Notes: generated from the sequence alone by a model not told the origin. A stretch of 11,020 bases of DNA from Candidatus Methylomirabilia bacterium (GCA_041496385.1 JBGQEL010000135.1:1-11020); one strand, 5' to 3'. Shown: positions 1-7,725, counted from the stretch's first letter. Numbers and translations are program-made.

Positions 1-848
1 ACGCGCTCCACCGCGGGAAGCCCGGCGTCGTCCTCGACCACGAGATCGCGGATGACGAGCCGCGGGGCGCCGCCGGCCTCCGTGAAGGGGCGCTTCCCGG
101 CGTGCGCGGCGGGAATGTCGCGCGTGCCGACCATCATCTCGGCCAGCGCCGCGGGGGTGAGGTCCGCCACCCGTCCCGTCCCGGCCAGGGCGCCGCGCCG
201 CAGGACCGACACGGTGTCCGCGAACGCCATCACCTCCCGGAGCTTGTGCGTGATCATCAGGACGGTGACCGCGTGCTCGCGCGTCATCGCCCGGAGCATG
301 CCCAGCACCTCGTCGGCCTCGGCGGGCGTGAGCACGGAGGTCGGCTCGTCGAGGACCATGAAGCGCCGCCGCAGGTAGAGCTGCTTCAGGATCTCGACCT
401 TCTGCTTCTCCCCGGCCGCCAGCCGCGCCACCGGCGCGTCGAGCGCGATCGCGAAGGGCACCGTGGCCATGAAGGCGGCGAGCCGCGCGCGCTCCTCCCG
501 CCAGCGCACAACCGCCGGCACGTCGTCGCGCGCCATCACGAGGTTCTCGGCGACGGTCATGCTCGGCACCAGGGTGAAGTGCTGGTAGACCATGCCGATG
601 CCGAGCGCGTGCGCGTCGTGCGGCGAGCGGATCTCGCGCTCGCGAGGGCCGACGATGATCTGCCCTGAGTCGGGCTGCTGGTACCCGACGAGGCACTTCA
701 CGAGCGTGCTCTTGCCGGCGCCGTTCTCGCCGAGGAGGGCGTGGAACGAGCCCGCGGCCACGCGCAGGGACACGTCATCGAGCGCGGTGAGCGGCCCGAA
801 GCGCTTGGTCATGCCGACGACTTCGACGCCGAGCGCCGAATCGGCCAT
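1..848 (-). CDS. ABC transporter ATP-binding protein, CUT2/nucleoside-type (partial, runs off the left edge; absent from the ORF track)
   Basis: Manual translation from ATG at 848: [18 protein letters not shown]...LLGENGAGKSTLVK (Walker A)...GIGMVYQHFTLV (Q-loop)...LAAGEKQKVEILK (signature region)...FMVLDEPTSVL (Walker B)...LMITHKL (H-loop). The ATG overlaps the upstream gene's TGA (TGATG). Confidence 0.95.
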   Translation of the reverse strand, partial: MADSALGVEVVGMTKRFGPLTALDDVSLRVAAGSFHALLGENGAGKSTLVKCLVGYQQPDSGQIIVGPREREIRSPHDAHALGIGMVYQHFTLVPSMTVAENLVMARDDVPAVVRWREERARLAAFMATVPFAIALDAPVARLAAGEKQKVEILKQLYLRRRFMVLDEPTSVLTPAEADEVLGMLRAMTREHAVTVLMITHKLREVMAFADTVSVLRRGALAGTGRVADLTPAALAEMMVGTRDIPAAHAGKRPFTEAGGAPRLVIRDLVVEDDAGLPAVER

Positions 849-1540
849 CAGCCGAGCCCCTTCACGGCGCCGATGAAGACGTCGGAGCGCGAGACCGCGC
901 CGAATACCCCGCCCTGCATCGTGACCATCTTGATCGCGGCGAGGTGGTTGCCGTGATCGGTGGCGCCGGCGCAGTCCTCCAGCAGCAGGCACTCGAAGCC
1001 ACGGTCGTTGGCCTCGCGCATGGTCGTGTGCACGCAGACGTCGGTGGTGATGCCGGTCAGCACGAGGTTCTGGATCCCGCGCGTGCGGAGGATCAGCTCG
1101 AGGTCCGTGGCGCAGAACGAGCCCTTGCCAGGCTTGTCGATCACGACCTCGCCGGGCCCCGGCGCCAGCTCGGGAATGATCTCCCAGCCCGGCTCGCCGC
1201 GCACGAGGATCCGGCCGCAGGGCCCCGGGTCGCCGATGCCGGCGCCGATCCGGCGCGAGCGCCAGCGCTTGTTCTCTGGGAGATCGGCGAGGTCGGGCCG
1301 GTGGCCCTCGCGCGTGTGGATGACGTGGAAGCCGGCGGCGCGCGCCGCGGCCAGCACCGCCCTGATCGGCTCGATCGGCGCGCGGGTGAGCGACAGGTCG
1401 TAGCCCATCGTGTCGACGTAGCCGCCGATGCCGCAGAAGTCGGTCTGCATGTCGATGACGAGCAGCGCCGTGTTTGCCGGACGCAGGTCGCCGTTGTAGG
1501 GCCACGGGTACGGGTCGGCCGTCACGAAGCGCGTCGCCAT
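848..1540 (-). CDS. biuH: Biuret amidohydrolase (isochorismatase-like cysteine hydrolase)
   Basis: Catalytic triad motifs IDMQTDF (Asp), IDKPGKGSF (Lys), GITTDVCV (Cys). [39 protein letters not shown] and MQGGVFG match my recollection of Rhizobium leguminosarum BiuH closely. ATG at 1540 follows GAGGGGGAG; GTG at 1558 is an alternative start. Confidence 0.9.
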   Translation of the reverse strand: MATRFVTADPYPWPYNGDLRPANTALLVIDMQTDFCGIGGYVDTMGYDLSLTRAPIEPIRAVLAAARAAGFHVIHTREGHRPDLADLPENKRWRSRRIGAGIGDPGPCGRILVRGEPGWEIIPELAPGPGEVVIDKPGKGSFCATDLELILRTRGIQNLVLTGITTDVCVHTTMREANDRGFECLLLEDCAGATDHGNHLAAIKMVTMQGGVFGAVSRSDVFIGAVKGLG

Positions 1541-1571
1541 GGTCTCCCCCTCGGGCACGAGCCCTCGCTCC

Positions 1572-2492
1572 TCACCGGTTGATGCTCAGCTCGCCGGGCG
1601 CCCCGGCCAGGGTCCGCCGCGGCGAGCAGGTCGCGATCATGATCGCGAGCGTCACCACGTACGGCGCGGCGTTGAACAGATAGTAGCCGGACGTGACGCC
1701 GACCGACTGCAGCGCCGGTCCCAGCGCGCCCGCGCCGCCGAAGAGCAGCGCGACGTAGAAGCACCGCATCGGATCCCAGCGCGCGAAGATCACCAGCGCG
1801 ACCGCCATGAGCCCCTGCCCGCTCGACAGCCCCTCGCTCCAGCTTCCGGGATAGTACAGCGACAGGAACGATCCGCCGACTCCCGCGAGGCCGCCGCCGA
1901 CCGCGGTGGCGAACGTTCGCACGAGGGCCACGTTGTGGCCCATCGCCCGCGCGGCGTCGGAGCTGTCGCCGACCATGCGGACGACCAGGCCCCAGCGCGT
2001 GTTGCGGAACGCCCAGGCGAGCGCGACGGCGAGCGCGATCCCGATGAGAAACAGCGCGTTCACCTGGAGCGCGGCCCGGATCTGCGGGGATCCGCTCCAG
2101 GCCCCGAACGGGATCGCGGGCAGGGTCGGCGCCTTCGGCTGCACGTAGGGCTTGCCCAGGAAGAACGCGAGCCCGGTCCCGAAGAGCATCAGCCCGATGC
2201 CCACCGCGATGTCGTTCACGCGCGGCAGGTTGCAGAGGACGGCGTGCAGCAGGCCGAGCGCCAGGCCCGTCCCGCCCGCGGCGAGCACGCCGGCCCACGG
2301 GCTGTCCGTGGCGTACGAGAGCGCGTAGCCGCTCATCGCGCCCATCACGAGGATGCCCTCGAGCCCGAGGTTGATGCGTCCGCTCCGCTCGGTGATGCAC
2401 TCGCCGAGGCTCACGAACAGAAACGGCGTGCTCACACGGATGGCGCCGCCGAGGACGGCGATCGGCACGCCCCACCACCCCAAAGCCTCCAC
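1572..2492 (-). CDS. ABC transporter permease (BPD_transp_2, nucleoside-type, second subunit)
   Basis: Hydrophobic 306-aa ORF with [29 protein letters not shown]...AARAMG and [20 protein letters not shown] start lies 3 nt after the upstream permease stop. Confidence 0.93.
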   Translation of the reverse strand: MEALGWWGVPIAVLGGAIRVSTPFLFVSLGECITERSGRINLGLEGILVMGAMSGYALSYATDSPWAGVLAAGGTGLALGLLHAVLCNLPRVNDIAVGIGLMLFGTGLAFFLGKPYVQPKAPTLPAIPFGAWSGSPQIRAALQVNALFLIGIALAVALAWAFRNTRWGLVVRMVGDSSDAARAMGHNVALVRTFATAVGGGLAGVGGSFLSLYYPGSWSEGLSSGQGLMAVALVIFARWDPMRCFYVALLFGGAGALGPALQSVGVTSGYYLFNAAPYVVTLAIMIATCSPRRTLAGAPGELSINR

Positions 2493-2495
2493 GAC

Positions 2496-3557
2496 TCAGG
2501 CTCTCGCGGGCTGGAAGACTTTCAGACGCCCGTACACCGCCTCGCTCGCCAGGATCAGCACGAAGGCAACCCCCTGCAGGACGAGCACCGTCGCGTCGGG
2601 CAGGTCGAGCCGGCGCTGGAGCATGCCGCCGCTCGCGGAGATGCCGCCGACGAGGACCGCCACCGGCACGATCGCCAGCGGATTCTGGCGGGCGATGAAC
2701 GCGACCAGGATCCCGGCGTAGCCGTAGCCGGCGATGAGCGAGGCGTTGGCGCTGCCGTGGACGGCGGCGACCTCGACCATGCCGGCCAGTCCCGCCGCCG
2801 CCCCGCCGAGCGCGCAGGCGGCGAGCACGATCGGCCCGACCGGCAGGCCCGCGAGCCGCGCCGCGCGCGAGTTGCCTCCGACGATCTGCAGCGCGAACCC
2901 GTACGTCGTGTGCCGCACCAGCACGTACATCAGGAGACAGAAGACGAGCCCGAAGCCGAGGCCCCAGTGCACGTCGAGGCCGGGGAGCGGCCCCAGCATG
3001 TTGGCGTCGCCGATCGGCGTCGTCGAGGGCTTGTTGAGGCTCGCCGGATCGCGCAGCGGACCCTCGACGAAGTGATTGAAGAGGGCGATCGCGACGTAGG
3101 TCAGGAGCAGGCTCGAGATCGTCTCGTTGACGCCGCGGTACTGGCGCAGCGCCCCGGCGAGCGCGATCCATGCGGCGCCCGCGAGCATGCCGGCGGCGGC
3201 CATCGCGAGCTTGACGCCGGTGGGCGGGGCGCCGGCCACGAGATGGCCGGCCACGGCGGCGGCGAGCCCGCCGAGCACGAGCGCCCCCTCGCCGCCGATC
3301 ACCATCAGCCCGGCCCGGGCGGGCAGCGCGACGCAGAGCGCCGTGAGGATCAGCGGCGCCGCGCGCGAGAGCGAGTTCTGCCAGGAGAAGGCGCTTGCGA
3401 AGCCCCCCTGGTAGATGAGCGCGTAGACCTCGAGCGGGTTCTGTCGCAGCACGGCCATGAACAGCCCGAAGACGACCATGGCGGCCGCGAGCGCGCCGAG
3501 CGGGACGACGAGCGCTTCGGCGGCCCGGGCCGCGCGTCCGGTCGGCGCGCGCGCCAT
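2496..3557 (-). CDS. ABC transporter permease (BPD_transp_2, nucleoside-type, first subunit)
   Basis: C-terminal part of track ORF 2496..4244; likely true start is ATG 3557 (MARAPTG...), 11 nt after the BMP gene stop. Motifs RAAPLILTAL, AGLMVIGGEG, GVNETISSLLL, GYGYAGILVAFIARQNP. Confidence 0.92.
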   Translation of the reverse strand: MARAPTGRAARAAEALVVPLGALAAAMVVFGLFMAVLRQNPLEVYALIYQGGFASAFSWQNSLSRAAPLILTALCVALPARAGLMVIGGEGALVLGGLAAAVAGHLVAGAPPTGVKLAMAAAGMLAGAAWIALAGALRQYRGVNETISSLLLTYVAIALFNHFVEGPLRDPASLNKPSTTPIGDANMLGPLPGLDVHWGLGFGLVFCLLMYVLVRHTTYGFALQIVGGNSRAARLAGLPVGPIVLAACALGGAAAGLAGMVEVAAVHGSANASLIAGYGYAGILVAFIARQNPLAIVPVAVLVGGISASGGMLQRRLDLPDATVLVLQGVAFVLILASEAVYGRLKVFQPARA

Positions 3558-3568
3558 CGACCCCGCTC

Positions 3569-4696
3569 TCAGACCTTGCCGATCACGCCCTCGACCAGAT
3601 AGTTCATCTGCTCGAGCACCACGTCCGTCTGCTTGTGGCCGGTGCCGGCCGCGACGACCGTCTTGCCGGTGTTGTCGTTGAGCGGCCCCTTGAAGATGAC
3701 GTAGCCGCCCTTGAGCATCTGCGCCTTGACACCGTCGGCGGCCTTCTGCGCGTGGTCGGACGTCGCCTTGCCGTACGGCGACATCTTGACGAAGCCCTCC
3801 TTCAGTCCGCCGCGCAGGAAGTTGACCATCGGCTTGCCCGCCATCGCGTCCTTGACGTGCATGGTGTACGGCGTGATCCAGTTCCACTCGGCGCCCGTGA
3901 GGTAGCCCTTGGGCGCCAGCGCGGCCTGGTTGGCGTGGTAGCCGCAAACGAAGATGCCGCGGCGCTCGGCCGTCTCGACGACGACCTTGGGGCTGTCGAC
4001 GTGGCAGGTGATGACGTCCACGCCCTGGTCGATCAGGCTGTTCGCGGCCTCCGCCTCCTTGACCGGCAGCGACCAGTCGCCTGTGATGATGAGCTGCGTG
4101 GTGATCTTGGAATCGACGCTGCGCGCGCCCATCGTGAACGCGTTGATGTTCCGCAGCACCTGAGGAATCGGCTTGGCGGCGATGAAGCCCAGCTTCTTGC
4201 TCTTGCTGGTGTGACCCGCGACGAGACCGTTCAGGTACTGGCACTCGTCGATGTAGCCGAAGTAGCTGCCCGTGTTCTTCGGGTGCTTGCCCTCCGTCCA
4301 GAGCCCGCCGCAGTGGGCGAAGCGGATCTTGGGATACTTCTCCGCCATGCGCAGCATGTGCGGGTCGAAGTACCCGAACGAGGTCGGGAAGACCAGCGTG
4401 GCCCCGTCCTGCTCGACCATCGAGCCCATGGTCTTCTGCACGTCGGTGGTCTCCGGCACCTTCTCCTGCTCGACGACGCTGACGCCGGGCATCTTCTTGA
4501 TGGCCGCGGCGGCCTGCGCCTGCGCCTGGTTGTAGCCGTAGTCGTCCCGCGGGCCGACGTAGATGACGCCCACGACGAGCTTGTCCGCCGCGAGGGCCGG
4601 GCGCGGCGCGAAGGGCGCGAGCGCGCCGAGCGCTCCGGCAGCCGCAATGCCCTTCAACACGTCACGGCGACTCGGTTGCCCGCTGGGAACGATCAT
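3569..4696 (-). CDS. BMP-family ABC substrate-binding protein with twin-arginine (Tat) signal peptide
   Basis: ATG at 4696 preceded by SD AAGGAG. N-terminal SRRDVLK, hydrophobic stretch and ALA cleavage site. BMP motifs VGVIYVGPRDDYGYNQA, TSFGY, KLGFIAAKPIPQVLRNINAFTMGA, SLIDQGVDVI. Confidence 0.93.
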   Translation of the reverse strand: MIVPSGQPSRRDVLKGIAAAGALGALAPFAPRPALAADKLVVGVIYVGPRDDYGYNQAQAQAAAAIKKMPGVSVVEQEKVPETTDVQKTMGSMVEQDGATLVFPTSFGYFDPHMLRMAEKYPKIRFAHCGGLWTEGKHPKNTGSYFGYIDECQYLNGLVAGHTSKSKKLGFIAAKPIPQVLRNINAFTMGARSVDSKITTQLIITGDWSLPVKEAEAANSLIDQGVDVITCHVDSPKVVVETAERRGIFVCGYHANQAALAPKGYLTGAEWNWITPYTMHVKDAMAGKPMVNFLRGGLKEGFVKMSPYGKATSDHAQKAADGVKAQMLKGGYVIFKGPLNDNTGKTVVAAGTGHKQTDVVLEQMNYLVEGVIGKV

Positions 4697-4755
4697 GATC
4701 TGGCTCCTTTTCGAAGATCGTCGATACAGTCCAGAGCGTGAACAGCGCAGGAAGC

Positions 4756-4772
4756 GGCAATGCCTATGCCAA
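4756..4772 (-). promoter_or_regulatory. sigma54 (RpoN) -24/-12 promoter of the BMP-permease-biuH operon
   Basis: Minus strand reads TTGGCATAGGCATTGCC: TGGCA...TTGC with exact GG-N10-GC spacing, about 60 nt upstream of the BMP start codon. Confidence 0.8.
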
Positions 4773-4858
4773 GCGCTTCGTGAACGGTCGTCCCCTGTTA
4801 ACCGGCGGTTTCGGCGGACGAAAGGCCCGGCAGGTCCGGTCCGCCGGACCGATCCGGT

Positions 4859-4896
4859 TGCCTCAAGAACGGGCACGGCTGATTAACGCGTAGGCA
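4859..4896. promoter_or_regulatory. Two tandem NtrC-like enhancer boxes
   Basis: TGCCTCAAGAACGGGCA (4859-4875; TGCC-N9-GGCA) and TGATTAACGCGTAGGCA (4880-4896). Both are 17 bp, like TGC-N11-GCA (the second has one mismatch), 21 bp apart centre to centre, about 120 and 140 bp upstream of the predicted sigma54 start. Confidence 0.55.
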
Positions 4897-4900
4897 TCCG

Positions 4901-4930
4901 TTGACCGGGAGTGTGGCCCTCGCGTAGTGT
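4901..4930 (+). promoter_or_regulatory. Putative sigma70 promoter of the dehydrogenase gene
   Basis: TTGACC (4901-4906), 18-nt spacer, TAGTGT (4925-4930), ending 9 nt before ATG 4940; no SD visible. Confidence 0.5.
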
Positions 4931-4939
4931 CTTGGCTCG

Positions 4940-5908
4940 ATGCCCGCGAAGCTCCTGATGCTGCCACCGCAGACGCCCACCACGCGCGCCTGGGCCTCGC
5001 GCGTGGCGGCCGCCCTGCCCGCGCTCTCGGTCGTCGTCGCCGAGGAGCCGGCCGACGCCGCGCGGGCGATCGCGGAGGCCGATGCGGCCTTCGGGACCAT
5101 CCCACCCGCGCTGCTGGCGCGGGCGGCGCGGCTACGCTGGCTCCAGGCGCCGCAGGCGGCGCCGCCCGCCGGGTACTACTCCCCGGAGCTGATCGCGCAC
5201 CCGGTGGTCGTGACCAACTTCCGCGAGATCTACAACGACCACATCGGCGCGCACATCATGGCCTTCGTGCTCGCTTTCGCCCGGGGCCTGCACCACTACT
5301 TCCCGCAGCAGCTCGCGCGCGAGTGGCGCCCGGCGCCGCTCGACACCAGCGTGATCCATCTCCCCGAGGCCACGGCGCTCATCGTCGGTCTCGGCGGGAT
5401 CGGCGCCGAGGCGGCCCGGCTCGCCGCGGCCTTCGGCATGCGCGTGACCGGCGTGGACGCGCGCCGCCGGGAGGCCCCGCCGGGCGTGCTGAAGCTCGAC
5501 GGCCCCGACGCGCTCGACTCGCTCTTGCCCCACGCGGACTTCGTGATCCTCACCGTGCCCCACACGCCCGCCACCGAGGGCTTCATGAACCGCGCGCGCT
5601 TCCGGCGGATGAAGCGCACCGCGTTCTTCATCAACATCGGCCGCGGCATGACGACGCGGCTCGACGACCTCGTCGAGGCGCTCCGGGCCAAGGAGATCGC
5701 GGGCGCGGGGCTCGACGTCTTCGAGCAGGAGCCCCTGCCGGCAGCGCACCCGCTGTGGACGATGCCCGGCGTGCTCATCACGCCGCACACCGCGGGCTAC
5801 GGGCCGCACCTCGACGAGCGCCGCCTCGAGATCCTCCTCGACAACTGCCGGCGCTTCCTCGCCGGCCAGCCGCTGCGCAACGTCGTGGACAAGGCGAGCT
5901 GGTTCTGA
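4940..5908 (+). CDS. D-isomer-specific 2-hydroxyacid dehydrogenase, NAD(P)-dependent
   Basis: Rossmann motif IVGLGGIG, catalytic Arg in INIGRG, Glu in LDVFEQEPL, His in ITPHTAG; typical C-terminus PLRNVVDK. Confidence 0.95.
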   Translation: MPAKLLMLPPQTPTTRAWASRVAAALPALSVVVAEEPADAARAIAEADAAFGTIPPALLARAARLRWLQAPQAAPPAGYYSPELIAHPVVVTNFREIYNDHIGAHIMAFVLAFARGLHHYFPQQLAREWRPAPLDTSVIHLPEATALIVGLGGIGAEAARLAAAFGMRVTGVDARRREAPPGVLKLDGPDALDSLLPHADFVILTVPHTPATEGFMNRARFRRMKRTAFFINIGRGMTTRLDDLVEALRAKEIAGAGLDVFEQEPLPAAHPLWTMPGVLITPHTAGYGPHLDERRLEILLDNCRRFLAGQPLRNVVDKASWF

Positions 5909-6035
5909 GCGTTCCCGTCGGCCTGAACGTCCGTACCTGGACCAGACGGCGGGCGCGTTCGACTCGCTCTGGTTCCCCGATCACGTCCAGTACGGAGGCC
6001 ACAAGGTCGCCGAGAGCGTCCTGCCGAACCTATGA
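5905..6035 (+). pseudogene. Internally deleted remnant of an LLM-class (luciferase-like) flavin/F420-dependent oxidoreductase
   Basis: 5905-5931 reads (L)SVPVGLNV; after a -1 shift, 5931-6035 reads PYLDQTAGAFDSLWFPDHVQYGGHKVAESVLPNL*. FDSLWxxDH is the LLM N-terminal motif and AExVLPxL* resembles the usual LLM C-terminus. Codon third positions are almost all G/C. Confidence 0.7.
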
Positions 6036-7706
6036 CCGTCGGGCGGCGGTCGCCGGCGTCGGGAACTCTTCGGGGTCGATCGGGATCTCGATGACCGCCG
6101 GCTTGCCGGCGCCGAACGCGGCCCGGAGCGCGTCGCCGATCTGGTCGGGGTGCTCCACGTAGTAGCCCGCGGCGCCGAACAGGCGCGCGAGCTCGTCGAA
6201 GCGCGGGTTGCCGATGTCGCAGCCGATGTACCGCCCGCCGTAGAAGGCCTTCTGGTAGGCCTTCTCCGATCCCCAGCAGTTGTTGTTCATCACCAGCGTC
6301 ACGACGTTGATCCCGTGCCGCACCGCCGTCTCGAGCTCCTGGCTGTTCATCAGGAACCCGCCGTCGCCGTGAATGGCGAGCACCGGCGCGTCGGGGCGGC
6401 CGAGCTTGGCGCCGAGCGCCTCGGGGAACGCGAAGCCGAGCCCGCCGAGGTCGAGCGGGGTGAGGAACGTGCGCGGGCGCCTGAACTGGAGGCGGTCGTA
6501 GCCGTAGGCAGGCGCGGCCCCGGCGTCGAGCGCGATGATCGTCTCGGGCGGCAGCGCGCGGCGCAGCTCGGCATACACGCGCTGAGGCTTGAGCGGCTTG
6601 GCGTCGAGCAGCGCCTCCGCCGCGAGCCGTGCCTGGCGCTTGGCGCGCAGCGCCTCGGCTTCCTGCCGCCACGCGGGCGGCGACGGGCGCGCGCCCTCGC
6701 GCGTGAGCGCGTCGAGCAGCGCCGCGCACGCCTCGCGCGCGTCGGCCTGGATGCCGAGCGCGACCGGGTAGTAGCGGCCGATGTCGCGGCCGTCCACGTC
6801 GATCTGGACGATCTTCGTCTCGGGCCCGATCGAGCGGTCGTCGAAGTGGCTCGTGAAGTGCGCGAGCCGCGAGCCGACGACCAGCAGCAGATCCGCCCGC
6901 CGGCAGGCCGCGGACGCCTCCGGCGCGCCCGCGCGGCCCAGCGGCCCGATGTAGAGAGGATGCGCGCCGGGCACGGCGTCGTTGCGGCCGTACGCGGTGA
7001 TCATCGGGATCGACGCCAGCTCGGCGAGACGGACGACCAGCTCGCCGGCCCCGGCGCGCGTGGCGCCGCCGCCGACCAGCAGGAGCGGGCGCTCCGCCCC
7101 CCGCAGCAGGCGCGCGGCCTCGCCGATCGCCGCCGGCGGCGCCGGCAGGGCGTGCGTGACTCGGTAACGCTCCGGCGCGAGGATCTCCGTATGCACGATC
7201 TGGCCGTTCAGGACGTCGCGCGGGATCTCGACGAGCACGGGCCCGCGGCGGCCGCCCATCGCGGCGCGCAGGGCGGTGCGCAGCAGCTCGGGAATGCGCT
7301 CGGGCCGGTTGATCTGGATCGCGAGCTTCGTCACCGGCCGGAACATCGCGACGAGGTCGTAGTCCTGGAACGCGTCCTTCTGGGAGTGCTCGGACGACAC
7401 GCCGCCGACGAGAAGGACGACGGGCGAATGGGCGACGTGCGCCGCCGCGACGCCGGTGAGAAGGTTCGTGGCGCCCGGGCCGCTGGTCACCAGGCAGACG
7501 CCGGGCAGATCGGTGACGCGCGCCAGGCCGTCGGCCATGAACGCCGCGGCCTGCTCGTGGCGCACGTTGACGTACTCGACGCTCCGGTCGTCGTAGAGGG
7601 CGTCGAGCACGTCGAGGAAGGTCGAGCCGACGATGCCGAAGAGGTGGCGCACCCCCTCGGCCTTCAGCAGCTCGACGACGGCCCGCCCGCCGGTCGGCTC
7701 GCTCAC
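6030..7706 (-). CDS. Thiamine diphosphate-dependent enzyme (acetolactate synthase large subunit / sulfoacetaldehyde acetyltransferase-like)
   Basis: FGIVGS, VRHEQAAAFMADG (catalytic Glu), TSGPGATN, DAFQD, GPVLVEIPRD, and the ThDP/Mg motif HGDGGFLM...VMNN. Confidence 0.93.
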   Translation of the reverse strand: MSEPTGGRAVVELLKAEGVRHLFGIVGSTFLDVLDALYDDRSVEYVNVRHEQAAAFMADGLARVTDLPGVCLVTSGPGATNLLTGVAAAHVAHSPVVLLVGGVSSEHSQKDAFQDYDLVAMFRPVTKLAIQINRPERIPELLRTALRAAMGGRRGPVLVEIPRDVLNGQIVHTEILAPERYRVTHALPAPPAAIGEAARLLRGAERPLLLVGGGATRAGAGELVVRLAELASIPMITAYGRNDAVPGAHPLYIGPLGRAGAPEASAACRRADLLLVVGSRLAHFTSHFDDRSIGPETKIVQIDVDGRDIGRYYPVALGIQADAREACAALLDALTREGARPSPPAWRQEAEALRAKRQARLAAEALLDAKPLKPQRVYAELRRALPPETIIALDAGAAPAYGYDRLQFRRPRTFLTPLDLGGLGFAFPEALGAKLGRPDAPVLAIHGDGGFLMNSQELETAVRHGINVVTLVMNNNCWGSEKAYQKAFYGGRYIGCDIGNPRFDELARLFGAAGYYVEHPDQIGDALRAAFGAGKPAVIEIPIDPEEFPTPATAARRS

Positions 7707-7725
7707 GGTGCGGCCCGGAGGGCGC

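Noticed and set aside
385..425. Degenerate ABC signature (LAAGEKQ instead of LSGGQ)
   Set aside because: A degenerate signature in the first domain is normal for tandem-domain CUT2 ATPases and does not indicate a pseudogene.
1539..3602. 687-aa plus-strand ORF and other long antisense or alternative-frame ORFs (e.g. 1522..3171, 3635..4741, 6150..7733, 7633..8841)
   Set aside because: Arg/Gly/Ala/Pro-rich shadows of real genes, expected in high-GC DNA where stop codons are rare; no recognisable motifs.
3558..4244. Apparent N-terminal extension of the permease (582-aa track ORF), suggesting a fusion or frameshift
   Set aside because: The extension overlaps the BMP gene in another frame and is low-complexity; ATG 3557 gives a normal 353-aa permease.
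4697..4860. Possible riboswitch (e.g. guanidine class) upstream of the nitrogen-compound transporter
   Set aside because: No paired ACGR-loop hairpins or other recognisable consensus on the coding strand, and the predicted leader is only about 50 nt; an Rfam scan would settle it.
4697..4876. Long N-terminal extension of the BMP ORF in the track
   Set aside because: The SD (AAGGAG) and the Tat motif position support ATG 4696, and the extension would run through the sigma54 promoter.
5909..6029. Bidirectional intrinsic terminator between the convergent genes
   Set aside because: No strong hairpin with a U-tract; the region is better explained as a gene remnant.
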